Assembly (NCBI GenBank): GCA_041483195.1
Contig: JBGPFC010000001.1
Location: 96,001-160,000, forward strand
Direction: 5' to 3'
Source: Candidatus Eiseniibacteriota bacterium
GTDB lineage: Bacteria > Eisenbacteria > RBG-16-71-46
Length of the DNA: 64,000 nt
Every line of letters starts with the position of its first letter. Within the stretch, counting starts at the first letter, position 1. The notes beneath the pieces were generated by a model. That model saw only the letters and a list, made by a program, of their open reading frames with translations, was not told the origin of the DNA and ran no database searches. A program made the position numbers and the translations under genes. Shown here piece by piece: positions 48,163 through 57,717 of the stretch.

Positions 48163-50121
48163 ATGCTGAAACGACCCATGCACCTCGCGCCGGCGCGGCT
48201 CGCCGCCCTGCTTGCTCCGGCACTGCTGTTCGCGATCGGAGTCACGGGCTGCCGCGACAACGCTCCCGACGATCTCATCCAGCAGGAGACCACGACCGAA
48301 GCGCTGGTGTTCGTGAAGTCGAGCGCGGTCGAGACGCTCAACCGCACCTGGGCGCCCAGCAACCTGTACCGGCTCTCGCCGATCTCGCCGGACGGCGTGG
48401 TCACGCCGATCACGAACTTCACGGGCGCCAGCATCTCGGACCCGTGCGTTTCGTTCGACGGCACCAAGATCCTGTTCTCGATGCGCCCCTCGGGCGGCGC
48501 CTGGAAGAACATCTACGAGATCGACGCCGACGGCACCGGGCTGCGGCAGGTCACGAGCGGCGGCGGGCACGACTTCGATCCGCTCTACCTCCCCAACGGC
48601 CAGATCATGTTCACCAGCTCGCGTGACGGGGAGATGGACGAATACAACCACGCGCTCGCCGAGCACCTCTACGTGTGCGACGCGGACGGCGGCAACCTGG
48701 AACGCGCCAGCTACAACCAGAGCGACGACTTCGATCCGGAGCTGCTCCCCAACGGCCGGGTCATGTACACGCGCTGGGAGCACTTCGGAACGTTCAATCG
48801 CTTCCCGCTGTTCGTGACCAACCCGGACGGCACCGGGACGTTCCACCTGTACGGCCCTCACGACCGCAACTTCTTCCATCCGACGCCGACCCCGGATGGC
48901 CGCCTGGTCGCGATCGAATCCTCGATGATCCTCGGCGACTCGGGTCCGCTCGCGGTGCTCAAGACCGAGGCGGGGCCGGCCGACCCGCTGATCGGCACCC
49001 GCGCAAGCCACTACAACGTGCTCACGCCGCAGGTCAACACCGACGGCGAGCCCTGGCCGTACGGCGCGTTCAAGTACCCGCGTTCGATCGGCGGCAACCG
49101 GTTCGTCGCGTCCTACACGCTGCCGGCCGCCACCGAGGGCGAGGTGGACTACGGCCTCTACACGTTCACGCTCGATCAGAGCGGCGCCGGCACGCCGAGC
49201 GACCCGGCGACCTTCTCGGTCCACGACATCACGTTCCTCTACAACGATCCGACCACCAACGAATACGACGCGCAGCTGATCGCGCCGCACGCGAAGCCTC
49301 CGGTGATTCCGTCCACCATCGACCGCGGCGTGAACTACGGCGTGTTCCTGGGGCAGGACGTGTTCAACCGCGGCACCAACGACGGCCAGGAGATTCCGCG
49401 GCGCGGCATCGATCCGATCGACAGCATCGCGGTGATCGCGGCGCGGCCGACGCTGCAGGGCGAGCCCAACGACTTCTCGGGGAACGAATTCGAGAAGCGC
49501 GCGCTGATCGGGATGGCGCCGGTCTACTCCGACGGGTCGTTCCGCATCAAGGTGCCCGCGAACACGCCGATCAGCTTCGCGACGCTCGATCAGAACGGCC
49601 GCGGGTTCGTCGTGAAGCGCACCCACCTCTACGTGCGGCCCGGCGAGGAATTCGACAAGTGCGTCGGCTGTCACGAGGACCGCAGGGCGGGCGGGCCGGT
49701 TCCGACGAACCTTTCGCCGATGGCGGCGCTGTATCCGGCGCACGACCTGAACATCCCGAGCCAGAATTTCACGATCATCAACTTCGAGCAGACGATCGGT
49801 CCGATCGTCTCCGCGAAGTGCGCCTCGTGCCACAGCGGGCAGCCCCCGGCGGGCGGGCTCGACCTGACCAGCGTGCCCGACACCACCACGATGAATCGCG
49901 TGTTCCCGCGCGCCTACGTCAACCTGTCCGGCGAGTCCATGAAGCTGGCGAGCCAGGAGGTCGACCCGGCCTTCCCGCGCCGGTCGCGGCTCATCGACTA
50001 CGTGATGGGCCTCGGCTCCAGGGCGGGCCAGGGCTTCCACACCACCGGAGTGGATTCGCTCACGGCCGTCGAGCGCCGCGAGTTCAACCTCTGGGTCCTG
50101 CTCGGAGCGCAGTACAAGTGA
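48163..50121 (+). CDS. hydrazine synthase alpha (HzsA)-related diheme lipoprotein with TolB-like propeller
   Basis: Lipobox VTGC; DP.VSFDG.KILFS; YTRWEH; APV..DGSF.I.VPANTPI.F; PGE..CVGCHE; second heme motif CASCH. Confidence 0.75.
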   Translation: MLKRPMHLAPARLAALLAPALLFAIGVTGCRDNAPDDLIQQETTTEALVFVKSSAVETLNRTWAPSNLYRLSPISPDGVVTPITNFTGASISDPCVSFDGTKILFSMRPSGGAWKNIYEIDADGTGLRQVTSGGGHDFDPLYLPNGQIMFTSSRDGEMDEYNHALAEHLYVCDADGGNLERASYNQSDDFDPELLPNGRVMYTRWEHFGTFNRFPLFVTNPDGTGTFHLYGPHDRNFFHPTPTPDGRLVAIESSMILGDSGPLAVLKTEAGPADPLIGTRASHYNVLTPQVNTDGEPWPYGAFKYPRSIGGNRFVASYTLPAATEGEVDYGLYTFTLDQSGAGTPSDPATFSVHDITFLYNDPTTNEYDAQLIAPHAKPPVIPSTIDRGVNYGVFLGQDVFNRGTNDGQEIPRRGIDPIDSIAVIAARPTLQGEPNDFSGNEFEKRALIGMAPVYSDGSFRIKVPANTPISFATLDQNGRGFVVKRTHLYVRPGEEFDKCVGCHEDRRAGGPVPTNLSPMAALYPAHDLNIPSQNFTIINFEQTIGPIVSAKCASCHSGQPPAGGLDLTSVPDTTTMNRVFPRAYVNLSGESMKLASQEVDPAFPRRSRLIDYVMGLGSRAGQGFHTTGVDSLTAVERREFNLWVLLGAQYK

Positions 50122-50702
50122 GCGCGACCCGGAGCCTGCCGGCGCTGCTGCTGGGCGCCGCCGCGATCTGCGCGACGCTCGCTTCCGCCGCCCCCGCCCG
50201 TGCCGCGCGGGTGGACGGCGTCGGCGCCGATGCCGGGCAGGTGCGCACCATCCTGCGCCATCGCGCGCTCCACACGCTCGATGGGCGCGACGTCTCGCTC
50301 GCGACGCTCTCGGGCGAGGTGGTCGTGCTCAACTTCTGGGCGAGCTGGTGTGCGCCGTGCCGGAACGAGCTGCCGAGACTCGACGCGTTGAACGCCGAGA
50401 TCTCGAAGCAGGGCGGCCGGGTGATCGCGGTCTCGATCGACATCGAGCGGCGGAACGTGGAGCGCTTCGCGCGCCGCCTCGCGCTGCGCCTGCCGGTCGT
50501 GCACGACGGCCCGGACGGGCTCGCGCGCGAGCTCGATCTTCGCCACGTCCCGTTCACCGTGGTGCTGGACCGCAACGGGGAGGTGGCGTTCACCACCAGC
50601 CGGTCGGATCAGGCCGGGCTCGATGCGCTGGTCGCGTCCGCGCGCCAGCTGGTCTCGAGCCGGCCGGTGATCGCCGAGACTTCGGAAGGGAACAAGCCAT
50701 GA
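50118..50702 (+). CDS. TlpA-like thiol:disulfide oxidoreductase
   Basis: GTGA overlap; VLNFWASWCAPC; VPFTVVLD. Confidence 0.9.
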   Translation: MSATRSLPALLLGAAAICATLASAAPARAARVDGVGADAGQVRTILRHRALHTLDGRDVSLATLSGEVVVLNFWASWCAPCRNELPRLDALNAEISKQGGRVIAVSIDIERRNVERFARRLALRLPVVHDGPDGLARELDLRHVPFTVVLDRNGEVAFTTSRSDQAGLDALVASARQLVSSRPVIAETSEGNKP

Positions 50703-50941
50703 CGGCACGCAAGCGGGCGCGCGGCGCCCGGCTCCTGATCGCGCTCCCCGCGCTGGCGGCGCTGCTGATGCTCGGCACCGGCTGCGCGGCCCAGGTGTAT
50801 CGGCGCGAGCATCTCGTCGATCGGATCATGTCGTTCGACGCCGACGCGAAGGAGAACGCGCGCAAGATGAAGGCGTTCGAGGCGCGCGAGGGCTCCACCG
50901 GCGGCACCGGCGGCGCCGGCGGAGGATGCGCGTGCAAGTGA
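50699..50941 (+). CDS. DUF4266-like small lipoprotein
   Basis: Lipobox GTGC; REGSTGGTGGAGGGCACK terminus. Confidence 0.8.
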   Translation: MTARKRARGARLLIALPALAALLMLGTGCAAQVYRREHLVDRIMSFDADAKENARKMKAFEAREGSTGGTGGAGGGCACK

Positions 50942-52077
50942 ATCGCTGGGTGCGGCCGATCGTGCTGTCGACCTCGCTGGGCGCGGCGTGCGCGCGGCTG
51001 TGTGCGGCCGCTCCGCCCGACGACCTGTCGACGGCCAGCTCGATGCTGCGCACCTTCACCGACTCCGACCACATCGCGGTGCGGTCGCTGACCGGCGAAT
51101 ACGCGTTGCCGCTCAGGAGCAGCGCCGCGCTCTCGCTCCACTGGAACAACGAGCGCGTCAGCATCCCGGCGATCAAGGCGCCGCCCGGGAGCGCCGAGGC
51201 GGTGGACGCCATCACCACCGCCAGCCGCCCGATCGCCGGCAACGCTTTCCAGGACTACCTCAAGGTGCGAAACGAGGTGCAGGCCGGGCTCGACGCGCGC
51301 AACACGGCATTCGACTACTACGTCTCGAAGGAGACCGACTATCTGGCGCAGCAGGTGGGCGCGAAGCTCGACCGCGACCTGCGCGATCAGCGGCTGAACG
51401 TCTCGGTCGGCAGCAGCTACGGATGGGACGCGATCAAGCCGCTCGCCGACGACGACACGCGGACCGCGGCCAGCACCCGCACCACGCTGCACTGGAACGC
51501 GGTCGCCACCCAGATCCTCTCGCCCAGCACGCTGCTGCGTTGGGGCCTCGAGTACAACGTGGTCGAGGGGCTGCAGCACAACCCCTACCGCAACGTGTAC
51601 GCGGGCGGCAGCCACGTCGCGGAGCGCGAGCCCGGCCACCGCGAGCGCCGCGACACGTTCATCCGGCTCAACCAGTACCTGCCGGACCGCGCGAGCCTCA
51701 AGCTCAACTACCGCCTCTACAACGACGACTGGGGCATCACCTCGCACGAGATCGGCTCCGACCTCAACCAGTGCATCACGTCGGGCGTCTCGGCGCGCTA
51801 CGAGTATCGCTACTACACGCAGACCCGCGCGTGGTTCTACCGCGACGAATACCCGACGACCGGCGGCATCGACGGTTATCTCTCCGGCGACTACCGCATG
51901 AACGATCTCGCGTCACATCTGTTCGGCGCCTCGCTCCACATGGACATGGACGCCCTCGCAGCCGATCACCCGGTGCTGGGCCGGATGGGGCTGTGGCTCA
52001 ACTACCAGCGGTACTTCAACAGCAACAACTACTCAGCCAACATCCTCGAGACCGGACTGGATTTTCATTTCCAGTAA
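50926..52077 (+). CDS. DUF3570-like outer-membrane protein
   Basis: VDAITTAS; E.DY; NPYR.V; E..P..R.R; YRLYNDDWGI.SH; YRYYTQ; DYRM. Confidence 0.8.
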   Translation: MRVQVNRWVRPIVLSTSLGAACARLCAAAPPDDLSTASSMLRTFTDSDHIAVRSLTGEYALPLRSSAALSLHWNNERVSIPAIKAPPGSAEAVDAITTASRPIAGNAFQDYLKVRNEVQAGLDARNTAFDYYVSKETDYLAQQVGAKLDRDLRDQRLNVSVGSSYGWDAIKPLADDDTRTAASTRTTLHWNAVATQILSPSTLLRWGLEYNVVEGLQHNPYRNVYAGGSHVAEREPGHRERRDTFIRLNQYLPDRASLKLNYRLYNDDWGITSHEIGSDLNQCITSGVSARYEYRYYTQTRAWFYRDEYPTTGGIDGYLSGDYRMNDLASHLFGASLHMDMDALAADHPVLGRMGLWLNYQRYFNSNNYSANILETGLDFHFQ

Positions 52078-52105
52078 CGGTGCGGGGATGAGAGAGGAGC
52101 ATCAC

Positions 52106-53755
52106 GTGCGACGAAGCCTCCTGCTGGTCATCGGCCTGACGCTGGCCGCCGCGCCGCCCCTGCATGCAGGGACGTTCGCCCGGGCGTCGATCGCGCCCGA
52201 TCTGGGTCTCGACGCCTTCACGCGCGGCGTCGCGCGCGCGCAGGTCGGACGCGACGTGTTCTCCGATCCATGGGCGACGGTCACGATCTCGAACGTGGAT
52301 GTCTACGACCGCTTCCCGTACGTCGAGGCGAGAAACTTCGAGATCGTCTCGGACCCGCGGTGGAACCGGCTGGTGTGCGGCGAGGCGGGTCGCAGCCTGC
52401 GCGCGTACGACGGCGCGGGCGGCCCGCTGGGCTCGCTGTCGGAGCCGCGCGGCATGGCGGTGGACGAGCAGAATCGCGTGTACGTCGCGGACGCCGGTCA
52501 CGATCGCGTGGTGGTGCTGCGGGCGAACACGGAGTACGACGCGATCGACCTGGTCCCGCTCTACGCGATCGGTGGATTGAGTCATCCGTACGCCGTCGCC
52601 TACTCGGACGGCGGCACGCCGTTCGTCCCGGGCGACGACGTCCTCTACGTCGCCGACACTGGAAGGAACCGCATCGTCGCGTTCGCGCTGGGTGAGGCCT
52701 CGGCCCGCCAGGTCGCGGCGATCGGCGATCTCGGCAGCGGCGCCGGCCGGTTCGCCGGCCCGATGGCGATCGCGACCGGGCGCGCGAACGGCGCGAGCAC
52801 GCGCGACGTGTACGTCGCCGACGCGCACAATCGCCGCATCGTCCAGCTCCGGTACGAGTCGGGCGGCCTCACGTGGATTGGCGAGACCGCCGATGGCGCG
52901 GACGTCGTGACCTCGCTCGACACCGATCAGTGGGGCAACGTGTACGCCGCTGCGCCGCGACAGGGCGTGGTGCGCAAGTTCAACTCCGCGCTCGAGCCGG
53001 TCGCAGAGCTGAGCGGCGAGATCGCGCAGCCCAAGAGCTTCCATCTTCCGTTCGCGAACGTGCGCGATCACCGCGACGGCAGCATGCGCCGCGTCGGCCA
53101 GCCCAACGCGGTCTCGGTCGATCGGTGGTCGGACGCGAGCGGCGTCAACCTGTGGAACCTGGGCGTGACCATCGCCGGGCTCGGAGTGGTCGGCGGCGAT
53201 CAGCCCTCCGCGCGCTACACGCTGACCGATCAGGCCGACGTGACGCTCGAGATCCGCGACGCCGCGAGCGGCCGCGTGGTCGCGCGTCGCGCGATCGGCA
53301 CAGAGGGCGCCGGCGCGCACTCGTTCGCGCTGCTCGCCAGCGAGCTGGGCAGCAAGCCCGGCGCGAGCGACCTCGTGTTGCGGCTGTCGGCGGCGTCCAG
53401 CTATGCGGACGGCGCCTCGGACGTGGCCCAGGCCAGCTTCAGCGCCGTGGGCAATGGAAGCGCGGCGCTGCCGTCGCAGCCGGTGCTGCTCGGGAGCTGG
53501 CCCAACCCCGGCCGGCCGTTCACGCGGATCGGTTTCGCGCTGCCGCAGTCTTCGACCGGCAGGGCTTCGCTTGGAATGTTCGACGTCCTCGGCCGCCGGG
53601 TGCGCACGTTCGCCGGCGCCTTCTCGCCTGGGATGAACGAGGTGATCTGGGACGGGACCGACGACAACGGCCACGCGGTGGGCTCCGGGCTCTACTTCTA
53701 CCGGCTCGACGTCGGCTCCGAGCGCTACACGGGACGGCTGACTTTCATTCGGTAA
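52106..53755 (+). CDS. NHL-repeat secreted protein with FlgD-Ig/T9SS-like C-terminal domain
   Basis: PRGMAVD..VYVADAGHDRV repeats; C-terminal WPNP...FDVLGRRVR..WDGTDDNG..VGSGLYFYRL. Confidence 0.8.
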   Translation: MRRSLLLVIGLTLAAAPPLHAGTFARASIAPDLGLDAFTRGVARAQVGRDVFSDPWATVTISNVDVYDRFPYVEARNFEIVSDPRWNRLVCGEAGRSLRAYDGAGGPLGSLSEPRGMAVDEQNRVYVADAGHDRVVVLRANTEYDAIDLVPLYAIGGLSHPYAVAYSDGGTPFVPGDDVLYVADTGRNRIVAFALGEASARQVAAIGDLGSGAGRFAGPMAIATGRANGASTRDVYVADAHNRRIVQLRYESGGLTWIGETADGADVVTSLDTDQWGNVYAAAPRQGVVRKFNSALEPVAELSGEIAQPKSFHLPFANVRDHRDGSMRRVGQPNAVSVDRWSDASGVNLWNLGVTIAGLGVVGGDQPSARYTLTDQADVTLEIRDAASGRVVARRAIGTEGAGAHSFALLASELGSKPGASDLVLRLSAASSYADGASDVAQASFSAVGNGSAALPSQPVLLGSWPNPGRPFTRIGFALPQSSTGRASLGMFDVLGRRVRTFAGAFSPGMNEVIWDGTDDNGHAVGSGLYFYRLDVGSERYTGRLTFIR

Positions 53756-53798
53756 TCGCACGCGCGCCGGGCGACCCGCCCGCGCGCGCTCGAGGAGG

Positions 53799-54431
53799 AT
53801 GGTCATCGTGAGATTCGGCGGGTGGCGCATCATCGCGGGGCGGACGTCACGCATCGTCGTGATCACGCTCGGCGCGATCGCGCTCGGCGGGTGCTTCGAC
53901 GAGCCGAAGATCGAGCAGCGCTGGACCCGGATCGATCTCACGGGATCGAACCTGGCGCTGGGCCAGTCGTTCACGCTCGGCGTGCGCGAGTCGATCTCGG
54001 TGCGAACCTCCATCGTGTATCGCTCGATCGTCACCGGCTATGCGGTGGCCGAGCTGCGCGCGAGCGGATCGGTATCGCCCGCGAGCGTCGACCTGCGGCC
54101 GGACGCCCCCCGCCTCAACATGGCGCAGGACGTGGACCGCGTCCTCCAGAACTCGATCACGCTCGGGCGCGGGATTCGCGCGGTCACCGGGTGGGATCAC
54201 CTCATGCAGGACATCACGTTCTCGTTCAGCGGCGTGGTGCCGGTCGGCATGGACAGCATCGCCACGGGATCGGCCGGCGGACTCTTCATGGTCTGTTACC
54301 TGGGCTCCGGCCAGCGGATCGAGCGCCCGGGCCAGCCCGACACCGTCATCGTCACGCCGTTCGTCTCCACCGCGCGTGAGCTGCTGCCGGTGGGCCTCGA
54401 GCTCACCGTGCCCGCTCCGAGGAACAATTGA
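53799..54431 (+). CDS. hypothetical lipoprotein
   Basis: Lipobox LGGC; GAGGAG RBS. Confidence 0.65.
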   Translation: MVIVRFGGWRIIAGRTSRIVVITLGAIALGGCFDEPKIEQRWTRIDLTGSNLALGQSFTLGVRESISVRTSIVYRSIVTGYAVAELRASGSVSPASVDLRPDAPRLNMAQDVDRVLQNSITLGRGIRAVTGWDHLMQDITFSFSGVVPVGMDSIATGSAGGLFMVCYLGSGQRIERPGQPDTVIVTPFVSTARELLPVGLELTVPAPRNN

Positions 54432-55195
54432 AGGCGGCCCGGCGCACCTCGCGCGCGGCCCGCCGCCCGCGCGGCGCTTCGCCGCTCGCGGGCGGCGTCG
54501 CGGCGTGCGTGCTCGCGCTCGGCTGCGGCGCGGCTCGAGCCGATCGCGTCCCCGCTGGCGACGCGATCGCGGACGGCGTCGCGACCGAAGCGGGATCGGG
54601 CGTGAGTCGCGACCCGCGCGGCTTCCGGCTCGCGCTCTCGCTGCTCAGCGGATCCACCAGGGCCGACGCGGGACTCTCCGCCTATCAGTGGAGCACGACC
54701 CCGCGCATGGCGTGGGGCGCGCAGGCGCTCGCCGGCCGCGGACGCTTCGAGATCGGGCCGCGCCTCTGGCGCTCGAGCACCACGCAGCGCATCGACGTGC
54801 CGGGCGTCACGGCGTCGCCCACCGTGCGATCCACCAGCCTCGAGCTGGTGGGACGGGGACGGGTCGCCACCTGCTGGGACGCCCGCCTGCTGGCGAGCGC
54901 GAGCGGCGGGCGGCTCCACCTCGGCTACGACCCCGACCAGATCGTGATCCCCTCCTATGGATTGGGCGCGCCGATCGTGGCGCGCTTCACCCCGGTGGAC
55001 GAATGGATCGCGGGGCTGGGGCTCGGGGTCGAACGCCCGCTGCTCGAACGATGGACCGTCGGTCTGGCATTCGAGCGCCGGATCTTCGGATTGGACACGG
55101 CGCACCGCAGCGGCAACGTGATCGTGAACGCGCGCGAGTCGTTCGGCGACTGGAGCGCGCGGCTGGAGCTCTCGAGGCTGCTTCAACGTCGGTGA
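54428..55195 (+). CDS. putative beta-barrel protein
   Basis: Signal peptide; amphipathic strands; overlaps the upstream stop. Confidence 0.5.
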   Translation: MKAARRTSRAARRPRGASPLAGGVAACVLALGCGAARADRVPAGDAIADGVATEAGSGVSRDPRGFRLALSLLSGSTRADAGLSAYQWSTTPRMAWGAQALAGRGRFEIGPRLWRSSTTQRIDVPGVTASPTVRSTSLELVGRGRVATCWDARLLASASGGRLHLGYDPDQIVIPSYGLGAPIVARFTPVDEWIAGLGLGVERPLLERWTVGLAFERRIFGLDTAHRSGNVIVNARESFGDWSARLELSRLLQRR

Positions 55196-55206
55196 AAGGA
55201 ATCACG

Positions 55207-56154
55207 ATGAGACACGATCCGCATCACTCTTCCATCCACCATGCGCATGCCGTGCGCGCGCTGCTGCTCGCGACCACGATCGCGACCTGCGCGACCCCGG
55301 CCCTTTCCCAGACCGCGCCGGAACCCGCTGTGCCGCTCGCGAGCGATCGCGATTCCACGCAGTCGGTCGAGGGGACCGCGGTCCCCATGCCCGCCGTGTC
55401 GGATCTGGCCGCCGCGCCCAACCCGAGCCCCGTGAGCTCTTCCAAGAAGGTCCGGCTCATCGGGAAGCCGCAGAACGTGGTGCGGTCCGGCCCCGGGAGC
55501 GGGTTCGCGATCGTCGGCGTGTACCCGAAGGACGCGACCTACACCGTCATCGCGAAGACCGACGAGTGGTACAACATCCGCCTCTCCGAGACCGAGAGCG
55601 GCTGGATCCACGCCTCGCTCTGCAAGGAGCTGGACGACCTCTCCGGACTCAAGTACCAGCCCAATCCCAGGCTCTACTCGCGCACCGGCAGCTACACGCT
55701 CGCCGGTTACAGCGGCGCCTACGCCTACGATCGCAAGTCCAACTCGCTCGTGCTGGGCGGCCGGCTCGGCTACTACGTTTTCGACCGGCTCCGCGCCGAG
55801 GCCGGCGTGTCATGGACGCACGTGCGCCGCCCGGCGGAGATCGTCGAGTCGTTGTTCGGCCTCTCGCTCGAGGCCGAGGACTTCCACATGCTGTTCTACC
55901 AGATGGACGCCGTGTGGGAGCTGCTCCCGGGCCGGCAGATGGTGCCGTTCGTCGGCGCGGGCGTTGGATCCACCATCATGCTGGGCCGGTCCGAGCCGAG
56001 CCTCAACTTCGGCGCCGGGACGATGCTGTTCGTCTCGAAGCGGACCGCGATGCGCTGGGAAGTGCGGGAGTACCGGTTCGACTCGGGGCCGGGAGCCGCG
56101 CGCATCACCAACAACAACGTCGAATTCACGCTCAGCAGCGAATTCCTCTTCTAG
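55207..56154 (+). CDS. SH3b domain plus outer-membrane beta-barrel protein
   Basis: VRSGPG..F.IVG...WYNI...SGWIH (SH3b); PFVGAGVG; ends FLF. Confidence 0.75.
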   Translation: MRHDPHHSSIHHAHAVRALLLATTIATCATPALSQTAPEPAVPLASDRDSTQSVEGTAVPMPAVSDLAAAPNPSPVSSSKKVRLIGKPQNVVRSGPGSGFAIVGVYPKDATYTVIAKTDEWYNIRLSETESGWIHASLCKELDDLSGLKYQPNPRLYSRTGSYTLAGYSGAYAYDRKSNSLVLGGRLGYYVFDRLRAEAGVSWTHVRRPAEIVESLFGLSLEAEDFHMLFYQMDAVWELLPGRQMVPFVGAGVGSTIMLGRSEPSLNFGAGTMLFVSKRTAMRWEVREYRFDSGPGAARITNNNVEFTLSSEFLF

Positions 56155-56164
56155 GAGCGCGCCC

Positions 56165-56770
56165 ATGATGGAACGCGACATCCCGGTCGTCCGATCGTTG
56201 TTGCCGAGACCCCACCCGCCGCGACGCACGCTTGCGATCGCGCTCATGCTGACGGCGCTGCTCGGCTCGCGGGCCGGGGCCGGCACGCACGCTTCGTCAG
56301 AGGCGCGGTCGGGCCTGGACATCGCCGCCGCCGCCGCGCAGAGCTGGGCGGGCGACGCCTCGCTGATCTACATCGAGAACGACGAAGATCTCCAATCGGG
56401 CGGGACCGCGCCGCGCTGGGGCTACCTCTTCTTCTCACCGGCGCTCGAGAAGGCCCGCGTCTACTCCGTGCGCGACGGAAAGATCGTCGTCGCCGAGAAC
56501 CTCGAGATGAAGTTCGAGGCGCCCCCGCTCACCGCCGGCTGGATCGACAGCGGGGCGGCGCTCGACGCGGCCGACGAGAAGGCCGGCCGCGCGTTCTGCC
56601 GCGAGCACGGCGGGAAGCTGAGCACCATGCTGCTGATGCGCGGCGCGTTCAGCGAAGGCGATCCCGACCAGACCACGTGGACGCTGATCTACACCTCGCC
56701 GCACGCCGCCTCGCTGTTCGTGGTGGTGGACGCTTCGGCCGGCAAGGTGCGCCGCACCTGGAGAGGGTGA
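56165..56770 (+). CDS. secreted hypothetical protein (PepSY-like C-terminus)
   Basis: Signal peptide; IDS..AL..A; VVDASAGKV. Confidence 0.55.
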   Translation: MMERDIPVVRSLLPRPHPPRRTLAIALMLTALLGSRAGAGTHASSEARSGLDIAAAAAQSWAGDASLIYIENDEDLQSGGTAPRWGYLFFSPALEKARVYSVRDGKIVVAENLEMKFEAPPLTAGWIDSGAALDAADEKAGRAFCREHGGKLSTMLLMRGAFSEGDPDQTTWTLIYTSPHAASLFVVVDASAGKVRRTWRG

Positions 56771-56775
56771 CCGTC

Positions 56776-57717
56776 ATGCGATCGCACTCGATTCGCCAGC
56801 GCCTCTCCGCAGCCACTCCTCGCGCGCGCGTCCCGGCGACCACGCTGCTCGCCGTCGCCGCCGCGGTCGCGCTCCACGCGCCGTTCGCGTGCGCGGAGCC
56901 CGCGCCGGAGGCGCGCGCCGCGCCAGCTGTGGCCGCGGCCTCGGACGTCGCGACCGACGTCAGGGTCGAGCGGGTTAGGCCGAAGCGCGAGAAACATCCC
57001 ACGCTCCGGTTCCTGAAGGAGAATCGCGATTTCATCCGGGCGCGATTCGACTTGCTCCGCGAAAAGCCGGACGACCATTCGGGCTCCGCCGCCGCGATCG
57101 ACCCGCGCTTCCTCTCCTACCAGCACATGTTGCGGGAGATCCTCTCGGCGCGCGACTCGCTCGCCGTCGCCGAGGACCTGCGCCAGCGGCGCGACCTGTT
57201 CCAGAGCGTCACCGCGCTCGGCGAGCTCGAGAAGGAGCTCGACCTCATGGAGAATCTGCTGGCCGCGCAACGCGGGCGCCTCGGCGTCATGCAGGCGGAC
57301 TTCACGGGCCGCCAGCAGACCGCCCTCGCGATCGTCGTGAGCGGGTATCCCGGTGACGGCGCGCTCGCGACCCTCACGATCACCCTCGACGACGGCGCCC
57401 CGATCTCGATCGCGCTCAGCGACGAGCAGCGCGAATCGCTCCGGCGCGGAGGCATGCTCGAGCTGTTCCACGGGCTGGTGGAGCCGCGCGAGCAGGTCCT
57501 CTCGATCGCGATCGGCGGCGAGGGCTGGCCGGCGGACGATGCCGGCTTCGTCACGCTGGACCCCGCTCGCGACCGCCTGACGTTTCTGCGCATGGACCTC
57601 ACCCCCGCGCATGCGGCCCAGGGCGCGGCGAGCATGCGGGCGAGCACCTGGCTGCAGGACACGGCGCTCGACGGATCGATGGTGCGCGCGAGCGATGGAA
57701 CCCCGATCCGGCCGTGA
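56776..57717 (+). CDS. secreted coiled-coil hypothetical protein
   Basis: Signal peptide; central coiled coil; operonic overlap with the next gene. Confidence 0.55.
   Translation: MRSHSIRQRLSAATPRARVPATTLLAVAAAVALHAPFACAEPAPEARAAPAVAAASDVATDVRVERVRPKREKHPTLRFLKENRDFIRARFDLLREKPDDHSGSAAAIDPRFLSYQHMLREILSARDSLAVAEDLRQRRDLFQSVTALGELEKELDLMENLLAAQRGRLGVMQADFTGRQQTALAIVVSGYPGDGALATLTITLDDGAPISIALSDEQRESLRRGGMLELFHGLVEPREQVLSIAIGGEGWPADDAGFVTLDPARDRLTFLRMDLTPAHAAQGAASMRASTWLQDTALDGSMVRASDGTPIRP

Noticed and set aside
48163..50121. Anammox hydrazine synthase pathway
   Set aside because: No hzsB/hzsC or hao/hdh-type multiheme genes in the window; only domain-level similarity
50699..50941. Sec read-through at the TGA after GGGCACK
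   Set aside because: This family normally ends at the CxC motif and the next gene already overlaps, so this is a true stop
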